Shown piece by piece: positions 19,827 through 28,164 of a stretch of 64,000 nucleotides of DNA (positions are counted from its first letter, which is position 1; each line of letters begins with the position of its first letter). Made by a program: the position numbers and the translations under genes. The notes beneath the pieces are model-generated. The model saw only the letters and a program-made list of their open reading frames with translations. It was not told where the DNA came from and did no database searches. This DNA comes from Oscillospiraceae bacterium (GTDB taxonomy: Bacteria > Bacillota > Clostridia > Oscillospirales > CAG-272), in NCBI GenBank assembly GCA_015064735.1, contig SVRP01000003.1:78248-142247 (forward strand). The letters are read 5' to 3'.

Positions 19827-21029
19827 TCAGTCTGCTTTGTAGGCGATCTTATCGCCGCAAACTGTCATCACGCATCTTGCGTAAAGCTCGTCGCCATCAA
19901 AGGGAGTCGCGTGTCCCATGGAAAGAAAATCCTTAGGGTCTACCTTATATTTTTCATCGAGCTTCCAAACCGTAAATCCATCGTCCATGGGAATTCCGAA
20001 TCTCTTTCTCGGATTTATTGCCATAAGCTCTACAAGTCTCTCAAGACTTAATATTCCCGTTTTGACAAAGTGTGTATACATAAGCGAAAATGCGGTTTCA
20101 AGTCCCACAATACCGAAAGGACTGTTTTCAAGCCCTCTCGCTTTTTCTTCATCTGAGTGAGGCGCATGGTCTGTTGCTATCATATCTATGGTTCCGTCGA
20201 GGATTCCCGCAACAAGGGCTTCTCTGTCCTCTTTCGAACGCAGAGGAGGATTCATTTTAAATCTTCCCTCCTCGCGAAGGTCGCCATCATCAAGTATGAG
20301 GTAATGTGGTCCTGTCTCGCAGGTTACGTTCACTCCGCGTTTCTTTGCCGCTCTTATAAGCTCTACGCTTTCCTTTGTTGATATATGGCACACGTGGTAT
20401 GCGCAGCCTATTTCTTCCACAAGCTTCAGGTCCCGCGCTATCTGTCCGTATTCACTCTCGGAGCATATGCCTCTGTGTCCGTGTGCCTTTGCATATTCGC
20501 CGTCGTGGATATATCCGCCTCTGAGCAGGTCGTTGATCTCGCAATGAGCCGCGATAATCTTGCCGAGCCTTTTTGCTTCGGTCATGGCGCGTCTCATCAT
20601 TTCGTCGCTCTGAACTCCCCGTCCGTCGTCGGAAAAGGCTACGGCATCCTCTGCCAGCTCCGCCATATCCACAAGGTCGATACCCATTTCCATTTTTGTT
20701 ATTGACGCATAAGGATATACGTTTATTACCGCGTCTTTTCTGATTGCGTCAAGCTGCACTCCAAGATTTTCCTTACTGTCGGGCACAGGCTTAAGATTCG
20801 GCATTGTGCATACCGCTGTATATCCACCCCTTGCCGCTGCCATGCTTCCTGTTTTTATTGTCTCCTTATAAGAAAAGCCCGGCTCACGAAAATGCACATG
20901 CACATCGCAAAAGCCGGGAAAAACAACGTATTCGGGAGAATGGAAAAAAGCCTTCGCCAAATCAAAGGAAAGGTTAGTCTCGGGAGATATACCGACTGTA
21001 TTTATATTTGCGTTTATATTCTTACACAT
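19827..21029 (-). CDS. pyrC: Dihydroorotase
   Basis: The metal ligands DVHVHFREPG and a later DHAPH motif are present. Pyr operon context supports the call. Confidence 0.85.
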   Translation of the reverse strand: MCKNINANINTVGISPETNLSFDLAKAFFHSPEYVVFPGFCDVHVHFREPGFSYKETIKTGSMAAARGGYTAVCTMPNLKPVPDSKENLGVQLDAIRKDAVINVYPYASITKMEMGIDLVDMAELAEDAVAFSDDGRGVQSDEMMRRAMTEAKRLGKIIAAHCEINDLLRGGYIHDGEYAKAHGHRGICSESEYGQIARDLKLVEEIGCAYHVCHISTKESVELIRAAKKRGVNVTCETGPHYLILDDGDLREEGRFKMNPPLRSKEDREALVAGILDGTIDMIATDHAPHSDEEKARGLENSPFGIVGLETAFSLMYTHFVKTGILSLERLVELMAINPRKRFGIPMDDGFTVWKLDEKYKVDPKDFLSMGHATPFDGDELYARCVMTVCGDKIAYKAD

Positions 21030-21052
21030 AGCTTTATCTCCTTACAGTTTTC

Positions 21053-21592
21053 TTATTTCTCGTATATATAGACACCGTTTTCGCCGTCTATCTGTCTGAC
21101 GGTTACAGCCACAAGCTCGTTTTTGGAGGTGGGAAGATTTTTTCCTACGTAATCGGGACGGATGGGAAGCTCTCTATGCCCTCTGTCAATAAGCACCGCA
21201 AGCTGAACAGAGCGGGGTCTTGCGTGTGAAAATACCGCTTCAAGCGCCGCTCTCGCAGTTCTTCCCGTATACAGAACGTCATCTACAATTATGACGGTCT
21301 TTTCTCTTATGTCGCAGGGAATGTGATGTCCTCTGCTCTCTGCGTTCTGCTTGTCCTCCTCGGTCATATCGTCTCGGTGGAGGGTTATATCAAGCCTTCC
21401 GAGAGGTACTACGACACCCTCGAATTTGCGTATGTTTTCCGCAAGCATATTGGCAAGGTGTATTCCGCGTCTCTCAACTCCGAGCAGGCATATTTCCTCT
21501 GCCCCTTGATTGCGCTCGATTATCTCGTGGGTTATTCTTGCCACCGCGCGCCGAAGCGCCGCCTCGTCCATTATCATGGTTTTTCTTTTCAT
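21053..21592 (-). CDS. pyrR: Bifunctional pyr-operon regulator / uracil phosphoribosyltransferase PyrR
   Basis: I chose the start MKRKTMIMDEAALRRAVARITHEI (CAT at 21590-21592). The PRPP loop reads VIIVDDVLYTGRT. The 29 extra N-terminal codons in the track ORF would run through the leader terminator. Confidence 0.9.
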   Translation of the reverse strand: MKRKTMIMDEAALRRAVARITHEIIERNQGAEEICLLGVERRGIHLANMLAENIRKFEGVVVPLGRLDITLHRDDMTEEDKQNAESRGHHIPCDIREKTVIIVDDVLYTGRTARAALEAVFSHARPRSVQLAVLIDRGHRELPIRPDYVGKNLPTSKNELVAVTVRQIDGENGVYIYEK

Positions 21593-21599
21593 ATCAAAT

Positions 21600-21765
21600 T
21601 CCTTTCTTCGGGCAGTGATAAATAAAGAAAAAAGTCCTGCAATCCGCAAGACCGTTCCACAAAAAAGCCACGTACACACAGATATCCTCTATGAGACCCA
21701 GCAAGCTATTTTTTTGTTAAAAACGATCTTTCCGACATCTCTGTATCGGCTTAAAGATTACGCCT
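21600..21765 (-). promoter_or_regulatory. Pyr leader with PyrR-type attenuator hairpins
   Basis: On the minus strand ATCTTT-aag-CCGA-tacagagatg-TCGG-AAAGAT (21726-21758) carries a CAGAGA loop like the PyrR binding loop and is followed by CGTTTTT. A second hairpin, GTCTTGC-ggatt-GCAGGAC (21634-21652), is followed by TTTTTT just before pyrR. Confidence 0.55.
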
Positions 21766-21768
21766 ATT

Positions 21769-21797
21769 ATTGTATCACAAACGTCGTAGTATGTCAA
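21769..21797 (-). promoter_or_regulatory. Sigma-70/SigA-type promoter of the pyr operon
   Basis: The minus strand reads TTGACA-17 nt-TACAAT (complement of 21792-21797 and 21769-21774). Confidence 0.55.
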
Positions 21798-21909
21798 TAG
21801 GTGGAGAAAAATTTTTATTTGCTTTTTAAAATTAAAATTCTATTGATACGTCGGTCAAAGTATGGTAAAATATTATATATAACTATCCTTTTTTCGGAGG
21901 TATTGTTTT

Positions 21910-22584
21910 ATGTTCAATATTCTCGTCGTTGACGATGATAAAAATACGCGAATGTTCTTCCGCGCTCTTCTTGAGGGAGCCGGCTACACCGTAACTGTTG
22001 CGGAAAACGGAGAGGCTGCTCTCTCGGCAATGAAAAGCACCTGTGTGGATCTCGTGGTCCTCGACGTCATGATGCCAAAAATGGACGGGTACGAGTTTAC
22101 GAAGATTCTGCGTCAGTCGAATAATAATCTGCCAATACTTATGGTTTCGGCAAGGCAGCTTCCCGCTGACAAGCACAAGGGCTTTCTTGCGGGTACGGAC
22201 GACTACATTACAAAGCCTGTGGACGACGAGGAAATGCTGTTCAGAATCAAGGCACTTCTTCGCAGAGCAAAGATCGCAAGCGAGCGAAAAATAAAAATAG
22301 GTGAGGTCATCCTTGACTATGACTCATTGACGGTTACACGTGGAGATGACGTGCAGGAGCTTCCGCAAAAGGAATTTATGCTTCTTTATACTCTGCTCTC
22401 CTACCCCGGAAAAATATTTACGAGAATTCAGCTTATGGATGAGATATGGGGTGCTGACAGCGATACGGGTTGGGAAACGGTTACTGTTCACATCGGGCGT
22501 CTTCGCAGACGCTTTGAAAATTATCCCGAATTCTCCATTGAGTCTGTACGCGGTCTCGGATACAAGGCGGTGAAAAAAGTATGA
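21910..22584 (+). CDS. OmpR-family response regulator
   Basis: The receiver domain shows ILVVDDD...DLVVLDVMMPKMDG. A winged-helix C-terminus ends RGLGYKAV. Confidence 0.9.
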   Translation: MFNILVVDDDKNTRMFFRALLEGAGYTVTVAENGEAALSAMKSTCVDLVVLDVMMPKMDGYEFTKILRQSNNNLPILMVSARQLPADKHKGFLAGTDDYITKPVDDEEMLFRIKALLRRAKIASERKIKIGEVILDYDSLTVTRGDDVQELPQKEFMLLYTLLSYPGKIFTRIQLMDEIWGADSDTGWETVTVHIGRLRRRFENYPEFSIESVRGLGYKAVKKV

Positions 22585-23693
22585 GAAAGAAAAAGGTACA
22601 GAAAAAAAGCATTAAAGCCCGTTTTCGCACCGCCCTTGCCGCTTCATCCTCAAAGGTCGTTCTTGCGGTTCTCGGAGTTGCTCTCGCAATATTCGCCCTC
22701 ATAGTATTTCTTTTATTCAGATCGGGTATTTTTGAGCGTCTTGACTTCGGCGGAATATGGATAAATCTCAATGTTAAAAACTGGCCTTGGACTCTTGTAG
22801 GAGTTGTCTTGGGAATCGTTCTCATTACATTTGTTATAAGCTTACTTATCGGAACGTTTCCCCTAAAGCCCGTTGACGATCTTATAGACAGCATGGACAG
22901 GCTCTCCAAGGGCGACTACAAGACGAGGCTCAAATTCGGCAAGGCGGTATCAAAAAACAAGGCGTTCAAGGAGATATCCGAGAGCTTCAACAAGCTTGCC
23001 GAGGAGCTTGAAAACACCGAGACACTGCGAAGCGATTTTATAAATAACTTTTCCCACGAATTCAAAACTCCCATAGTTTCGATTGCGGGTCTTGCGAAGC
23101 TTGTAAACAAGGGCAATCTTACCGAGGAGCAAAAGGCGGCATATCTTACGGCTATTGAGGAAGAATCCATGCGGCTTGCTTCGATGGCGACCAACGTGCT
23201 TAATCTTACCAAGGTAGAAAATCAGACGATACTTACCGACGTTACGAAATTCAATCTTTCGGAGCAGATACGCTCTTGTATTCTGTTGCTTGAAAACAAG
23301 TGGACGTCAAAGGAGCTTGACATTCAGCTTGACTTTGAGGAATACGATATTGAAGCCAACGAGGAGCTGCTTAAGCAGGTGTGGATAAATCTTGCGGACA
23401 ATGCTATAAAATTCTCGCCTCATGGTGGAGCGGTGGGATTTGAAATCTTGGAGAGTGAGAGCAGCCTTACGGTTCATATCAGTAACGAGGGAGAGGAGAT
23501 CTCGCCCGACAGGATCAAAAAGATATGGAATAAATTTTACCAAGCCGATGAATCCCATGCCCACGAGGGTAACGGAATAGGTCTCGCTATCGTTAAGCGC
23601 ATAACCGAGCTTCACAAGGGCGAGGCGGCTGTGGAATGCCGCGACGGAAAGGTTGTTTTTTCGGTAACCTTGCCGAAAAAGCAAAATCAGTAA
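22581..23693 (+). CDS. Sensor histidine kinase (two TM helices with a short loop, HAMP, HisKA, HATPase)
   Basis: The H-box reads FINNFSHEFKTPI, the N-box reads NLADNAIKFSP and the G-box reads GNGIGLAIV. The start overlaps the response regulator stop (ATGA). Confidence 0.9.
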   Translation: MRKKKVQKKSIKARFRTALAASSSKVVLAVLGVALAIFALIVFLLFRSGIFERLDFGGIWINLNVKNWPWTLVGVVLGIVLITFVISLLIGTFPLKPVDDLIDSMDRLSKGDYKTRLKFGKAVSKNKAFKEISESFNKLAEELENTETLRSDFINNFSHEFKTPIVSIAGLAKLVNKGNLTEEQKAAYLTAIEEESMRLASMATNVLNLTKVENQTILTDVTKFNLSEQIRSCILLLENKWTSKELDIQLDFEEYDIEANEELLKQVWINLADNAIKFSPHGGAVGFEILESESSLTVHISNEGEEISPDRIKKIWNKFYQADESHAHEGNGIGLAIVKRITELHKGEAAVECRDGKVVFSVTLPKKQNQ

Positions 23694-23744
23694 AAGCATA
23701 CTTTTAGCACAAAGATAGATTCGTGTTATCTATGCGACCTTCAA

Positions 23745-24045
23745 CGTGTCATCCTGAGTGAGCGGAGCGAGTCGAAGTTTTTCGAGGCGAGGTTTACCGA
23801 GCGAGAAAAACCGAGGCGCGAAGCGCCGAAGGGATCTAATATGACTTTTCGTTATCTCGCGTAAAGTAAGTTACCATTTATGCCATAGATACACGGAATA
23901 TGACTTTACATACAAAAGACAACAAAATTTCACAGTAGATCCCTGCGTTTTCTTCGAAAACTTGGTTTCGGACGAATTCACTTCGCTCCTCCGTCCGAAA
24001 CTTCGGCTGAAACTGCCGCATACGGCATTTTCTGCTCAGGATGAC
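23745..24045. repeat. Imperfect ~300-bp inverted-repeat element of the 'gtcatcctgag...gaagggatc' type
   Basis: The outer arms are CGTGTCATCCTGAG (about 23745-23758) and CTCAGGATGACACG (about 24030-24044). The inner arms are AGGGATCTA and TAGATCCCT. Internal hairpins include GTTTCGGACG...CGTCCGAAAC and GGCGC-gaa-GCGCC. No credible ORF is present. Confidence 0.55.
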
Positions 24046-24078
24046 ACGCTGACGGATTTTTACATTTTTTAAAAAGTT

Positions 24079-24107
24079 ATCCCACCTGCGATTTCGCAGG
24101 TGGGATT
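24079..24107 (+). terminator. Hairpin plus T-rich tail, paralogous to the one at 33029-33068
   Basis: ATCCCACCTGCGA-tt-TCGCAGGTGGGAT is followed by TTGTGTTTG. Compare GGTGGGATTTTGTTTG at 33053-33068. Confidence 0.5.
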
Positions 24108-24138
24108 TGTGTTTGTAATGTGTTTCAATTGGATTTTA

Positions 24139-24321
24139 TCAGTTCTCAGCCTTTGTAAGCACTCCGTCGGTACAGGTTACGGTGTAGTTGCCGGTGCGAT
24201 AGTTCCAATTACTGTATTTAGTTATAGCCTTCCACTGCTCTTTTGTACCGTTGTAGTTAATACTCGTAAGTCCGCTACAGCCGGAGAACGCAGAAGAACC
24301 TATGCTCGTATTATTACACAT
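24139..24321 (-). pseudogene. Orphan 3' fragment of a BspA-like leucine-rich-repeat protein gene
   Basis: The 60-aa ORF reads ...SSAFSGCSGLTSINYNGTKEQWKAITKYSNWNYRTGNYTVTCTDGVLTKAEN. It aligns with the last ~50 aa of the 1125-aa LRR protein (SLTSINYGGTTSQWSDISKGSSWNSSTGEYTVTCTNGTLTKAQS). There is no signal peptide and no RBS. The similarity continues past the stop into the terminator. Confidence 0.6.
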
Positions 24322-24547
24322 TTCAATATATTTTTACATTTTTTGTTAAGGGTTTGGGCGGTTATATATGCTTTGATTTTTCTGTTTAGAACCGAAAAAG
24401 AATTATCAAATAAAGTTGAGAAAGGCTCATAGTTTATTTTCGGTTTAGATTTCTATGGTAGAATTTTGTCGAAAAATGTTAATAACCCCAAAAATTCTAC
24501 AAGGAGAATGGCGGTGGGGGCTTTCTTCCCTTTCCGTCTAATATCTT

Positions 24548-26233
24548 ATGAACGGACTTAACGAAGAATTGAATACGGGGGTCTCCATGGAGGCTGCCGA
24601 CACGACCATTGACGGCAAGCAATACGCCCGTATGCTTTACGGCGGTGCGGCTTTACTCTCGGCTCACGCCAACGAAATAAACGATCTCAACGTTTTTCCC
24701 GTCCCCGACGGAGACACGGGAACAAACATGGCGAAAACTCTTGAGGGCGGTCTTTCTGAAATTGACGCGAACAAGGACGATAGCATCGGTTCTCTTTCCA
24801 ATCACTTCGCCCACGGAATTCTTCTCGGCGCACGCGGAAACTCGGGTGTTATTCTCTCTCAGATTTTCTCGGGAATTTCCGAGGAGCTTTCAAAATACGA
24901 TAAGGTAGGCGCATTTGAGCTTGCAAGCGCATATCGCAACGGAATCAAAAAATCCTATTCCGCTGTACAAAATCCCACCGAGGGAACTATTCTCACGGTC
25001 TTCAGGGAAAGCACCGAATATGCGGCTACGAACATCAACGAGCATTCGACGGTTGAGGATTTCTTCCGTCTCCACATTGAGGAAGCGAAGCGGTCTCTTG
25101 CATCCACGAAGGAAATTCTTCCTGTTCTTGCCGAGGCTGACGTTGTTGACTCGGGTGGCGCGGGATATCTCTACATAGCGCTCGGAATGTACGAGGCTCT
25201 TACGGGAAAGCTCCCCGACATTACCTTTAAGTCGAGTGTCGACACGACTCCCAAGATAGACATTGACACCTTTACGAGAGATTCGGTTCTTGAATTCGGC
25301 TATTGCACAGAATTTCTTCTCCGTCTTACCACTGCAAAGGTCGATCCCGACAAATTTGACATGGCTCGCATACACGAAATTCTTGACGAGCTTCACGGAG
25401 AGAGTGTCGTTGCATACAAAACCGACGACGTTGTAAAGGTACACGTTCACACCTTTAGTCCCGGCGACATTCTTTCGAGAATGCAAGCATTCGGTGAGTT
25501 TCTTACCGTCAAGATAGAAAACATGTCGGTAAGTCATTCCGAAACCGAAAAAGCCAAGAAAAAAAACTCGAAGAAATTTGAGGTTCTTGCCGTGGCATCG
25601 GGAGATGGGATCTGCGCTCTCTTCTCCGATCTTGGTGCTGACGGTATTATAAACGGTGGGCAGACGGCTAACCCCTCTATTGAGGAATTTGTCAAGGCAT
25701 TCGACGAATGCGAATCTGAAGATATTATAGTTCTTCCAAACAACAAAAACGTAATTCTCGCGGCAAATCAGGCTGCAGAAATATATGACAAGGCACGTAT
25801 TCACGTAATAAAGACACGCAGTCTTATGGAAGGCTTCAGCGCTCTCTCAGTTGTATCTGCGGGAGTTGATGATATTGATGCTCTCATTGAAAGCATTCAA
25901 AGAGCCGCTTCGGGAGTTGTTGGCAGTGAAATAACAAAAGCTGTACGCAACGTAACTCTTGGCGGTCAGAGCATTAAGGAGGGCGATTACATATCTATAA
26001 CAAACGGTGAGATCACCTCTGTATCGGACACTGCCAACGGGGCTTTCCTTGAGTTTCTCAAATCACAGAATGCAGAGGATTACGAGCTTATTACCGTTTT
26101 TACGGGCACAGGTGTTTCTCCCTCTCAAATTGACGGGATAACGGAGCTTATCGAAAATGAATATCCCGACCTTGTGCTTACTCTCTACGAAAGCGGTCAG
26201 GACGTTTACGATTACATGATCGCTCTTGAATAA
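24548..26233 (+). CDS. fakA: DAK2-domain fatty acid kinase subunit (YloV/FakA type)
   Basis: NVFPVPDGDTGTNM and GARGNSGVILSQ are Dak2 motifs, and a DegV-like C-terminal half follows. The start is uncertain: it could be 24548 or the Met at 24587, and neither has a strong RBS. Confidence 0.8.
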   Translation: MNGLNEELNTGVSMEAADTTIDGKQYARMLYGGAALLSAHANEINDLNVFPVPDGDTGTNMAKTLEGGLSEIDANKDDSIGSLSNHFAHGILLGARGNSGVILSQIFSGISEELSKYDKVGAFELASAYRNGIKKSYSAVQNPTEGTILTVFRESTEYAATNINEHSTVEDFFRLHIEEAKRSLASTKEILPVLAEADVVDSGGAGYLYIALGMYEALTGKLPDITFKSSVDTTPKIDIDTFTRDSVLEFGYCTEFLLRLTTAKVDPDKFDMARIHEILDELHGESVVAYKTDDVVKVHVHTFSPGDILSRMQAFGEFLTVKIENMSVSHSETEKAKKKNSKKFEVLAVASGDGICALFSDLGADGIINGGQTANPSIEEFVKAFDECESEDIIVLPNNKNVILAANQAAEIYDKARIHVIKTRSLMEGFSALSVVSAGVDDIDALIESIQRAASGVVGSEITKAVRNVTLGGQSIKEGDYISITNGEITSVSDTANGAFLEFLKSQNAEDYELITVFTGTGVSPSQIDGITELIENEYPDLVLTLYESGQDVYDYMIALE

Positions 26234-26252
26234 TTTTCGGAGGATATTACGC

Positions 26253-27242
26253 ATGGCAAACACTTACAAAATAATACTTGACACAAAGGGGGGCGACAAC
26301 GGCCCCGAGGTACTTATCAAGGGAGCTGCTATTGCTCTTAAAAAATTTGACAGCCTTTCATATCTCATGGTGGGAGACCGCGATCTCATCGAAAAGGAGT
26401 GCGTTTCCCTTTCTATGCCTATGGACAGAGTTGAAATCCTTGATGCGCCCAATGAAATTACCAACTACGACAATCCTGCAGCCGCTCTTTTTGAAAAGCA
26501 GGACTCCTCAATGATCAAGTCCCTTGTAGCGCTTGATACCAGAGAGGATCTGTTAGGACTTATTACTACCGGAAACACCGGTGTCCTTCTTGGCGGAACG
26601 GTTCGCTTCCTTAACAGCAAGGAAAGAGTCCGCCCCTGTCTTGCTGCTCTCCTTCCCAACGCAGACGGCTCTTTCACCTGTCTCGTTGATACGGGTGCCA
26701 CTATTGACTGTTCCCCTCAGATGCTTGTTCATTTTGCAAAGCAGGGTTCAAGGTTTATGAAGCAGATGTATGGCATAGAATCTCCGAGAGTCGGACTCCT
26801 CTCCAACGGTGCCGAATCCACAAAGGGCAACAAGCTCGTTAAGGAAACTCATGCTCTTCTTGCAGCCGAAAGTGAAATAAACTTTATCGGAAACGTGGAA
26901 GGCAACACTGCTCTCTCGGGAATCTGCGATATTCTTGTTTGCGACGGATTTGCGGGAAATCTTGTCCTTAAGGTTTCTGAGGGTATGGCTAAACGCCTTA
27001 TTACCGACATTGTAAAGTACGGAAAGCGCACCGGCAACGAATCTATAATGGAGCTTGTCGGACACCTCATGAAGGTTTATGATTTTGGATCTCTCGGAGG
27101 CGGTCTTATCCTCGGTACCGACAAGCCTGTTATTAAAGCTCGCGGAAATTCCAACGAAACCACGGTGGTAAGCGTATCCGAAATGATTCTCAACATGGTT
27201 GAGCATAAAGCTATATTTGATAAATCCAGAATAGAAATCTGA
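26253..27242 (+). CDS. plsX: Phosphate acyltransferase PlsX
   Basis: The start MANTYKIILDTKGGDNGPEV follows GGAGGATATTACGC. The CDGFAGN motif is present. Confidence 0.9.
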   Translation: MANTYKIILDTKGGDNGPEVLIKGAAIALKKFDSLSYLMVGDRDLIEKECVSLSMPMDRVEILDAPNEITNYDNPAAALFEKQDSSMIKSLVALDTREDLLGLITTGNTGVLLGGTVRFLNSKERVRPCLAALLPNADGSFTCLVDTGATIDCSPQMLVHFAKQGSRFMKQMYGIESPRVGLLSNGAESTKGNKLVKETHALLAAESEINFIGNVEGNTALSGICDILVCDGFAGNLVLKVSEGMAKRLITDIVKYGKRTGNESIMELVGHLMKVYDFGSLGGGLILGTDKPVIKARGNSNETTVVSVSEMILNMVEHKAIFDKSRIEI

Positions 27243-27258
27243 TTAGGAGGAATATATC

Positions 27259-28164
27259 ATGTCAAAGATAAAAATTATGTGCACGTCTACCGGTTGTATT
27301 GAGTACGCTCCCGAGCGTTACAGAAATCTCGGTATCGACATTCTCAGAGTTCATCTGTTTTTTAACGGAAAAGAATATCTCGAGGGCTACGACCTTGACC
27401 CCGATGACTTTTACAGACAGCTTGAGACCCTTGAGGACCCAAAAAACAATCTTCCCAAGACCTCCGTGCCTTCGCTCGCTGAAATTGCCGAGCATTTCGA
27501 CAAGGCTATTGAAGAGGGTTACGATGAAGTAATCGCTTTCTGTATTTCTTCCGGACTTGGCGGAACCTACAATGCCGTTTCCCTTGTAGCAAGAGATTAC
27601 GCTGACAAAATAAAGATTCACGTAGTTGATACCCAGATCACCTGCTTTAACGAGGGTTATCTTGCGGTAAATGCTGCGAAAATGGTTGCTGCCGGAAAAT
27701 CCTCGGAGGATATTCTCAAGGAGACCGCTTGGATGATAAAGCGTCAGGAGCTCATCGGCATGGACGCAAAGCTTGACTATCTCATATACAACGGCAGACT
27801 CAAGGGTGGAAAGGCACTTATCGGAAAGATGCTCGGCATATGCCCCGTAGTCCACTTCAATGAGATCGGTGAATGTGTTTCTCTTGAAACCACCAGAACT
27901 CCAAAAAAGGCACTCGCACGTACATGTGAGATAATCAAGGAGAAAATCGGAGACCGCTCTCCCGAGGATTACCTTCTCTTCCGTCTCTATACGGGTAAAA
28001 AATATCTTGAAGTGCTTAAGGGTATGGAGGAGACTTACGGTATAAAGACCAATCACGAGGACATGATCATGTCTCCCGTCAGCGGTTGCCACAACGGTCC
28101 TTGGCTTGCGGGTTATGAGTTGATATTCCTTCGCAGAGATGACGAACCCTTGGAGGACGATTGA
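27259..28164 (+). CDS. DegV-family fatty-acid-binding protein (FakB-like)
   Basis: 301 aa. The sequence begins IKIMCTSTGCIEY and later shows ISSGLGGTYN, with DegV-like layout throughout. AGGAGGAATATATC precedes the ATG. Confidence 0.8.
   Translation: MSKIKIMCTSTGCIEYAPERYRNLGIDILRVHLFFNGKEYLEGYDLDPDDFYRQLETLEDPKNNLPKTSVPSLAEIAEHFDKAIEEGYDEVIAFCISSGLGGTYNAVSLVARDYADKIKIHVVDTQITCFNEGYLAVNAAKMVAAGKSSEDILKETAWMIKRQELIGMDAKLDYLIYNGRLKGGKALIGKMLGICPVVHFNEIGECVSLETTRTPKKALARTCEIIKEKIGDRSPEDYLLFRLYTGKKYLEVLKGMEETYGIKTNHEDMIMSPVSGCHNGPWLAGYELIFLRRDDEPLEDD

Noticed and set aside
23947-23959. A shared 13-mer, TTTTCTTCGAAAA, between the inverted-repeat element and the ricT-downstream insert (about 50538-50550).
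   Set aside because: In 64 kb of AT-biased sequence, tens of 13-mer coincidences are expected by chance. Only the longer motif similarities are reported.
24139-24321. Possibility that the LRR 3' fragment and the 3' end of the full gene (33112-33300) form a DGR template/variable repeat pair.
   Set aside because: My hand alignment shows about 70% identity with mismatches of all base types, not adenine-specific ones. No reverse transcriptase is in the window.
24508-24561. A 17-codon mini-ORF after an AAGGAG upstream of fakA, and the 10-bp AT-rich inverted repeat GTAGAATTTT/AAAATTCTAC (about 24459-24500).
   Set aside because: There is no independent support. The stem is weak and all A-T, and a leader-peptide function is pure speculation. 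It matters only as a caveat on the uncertain fakA start.
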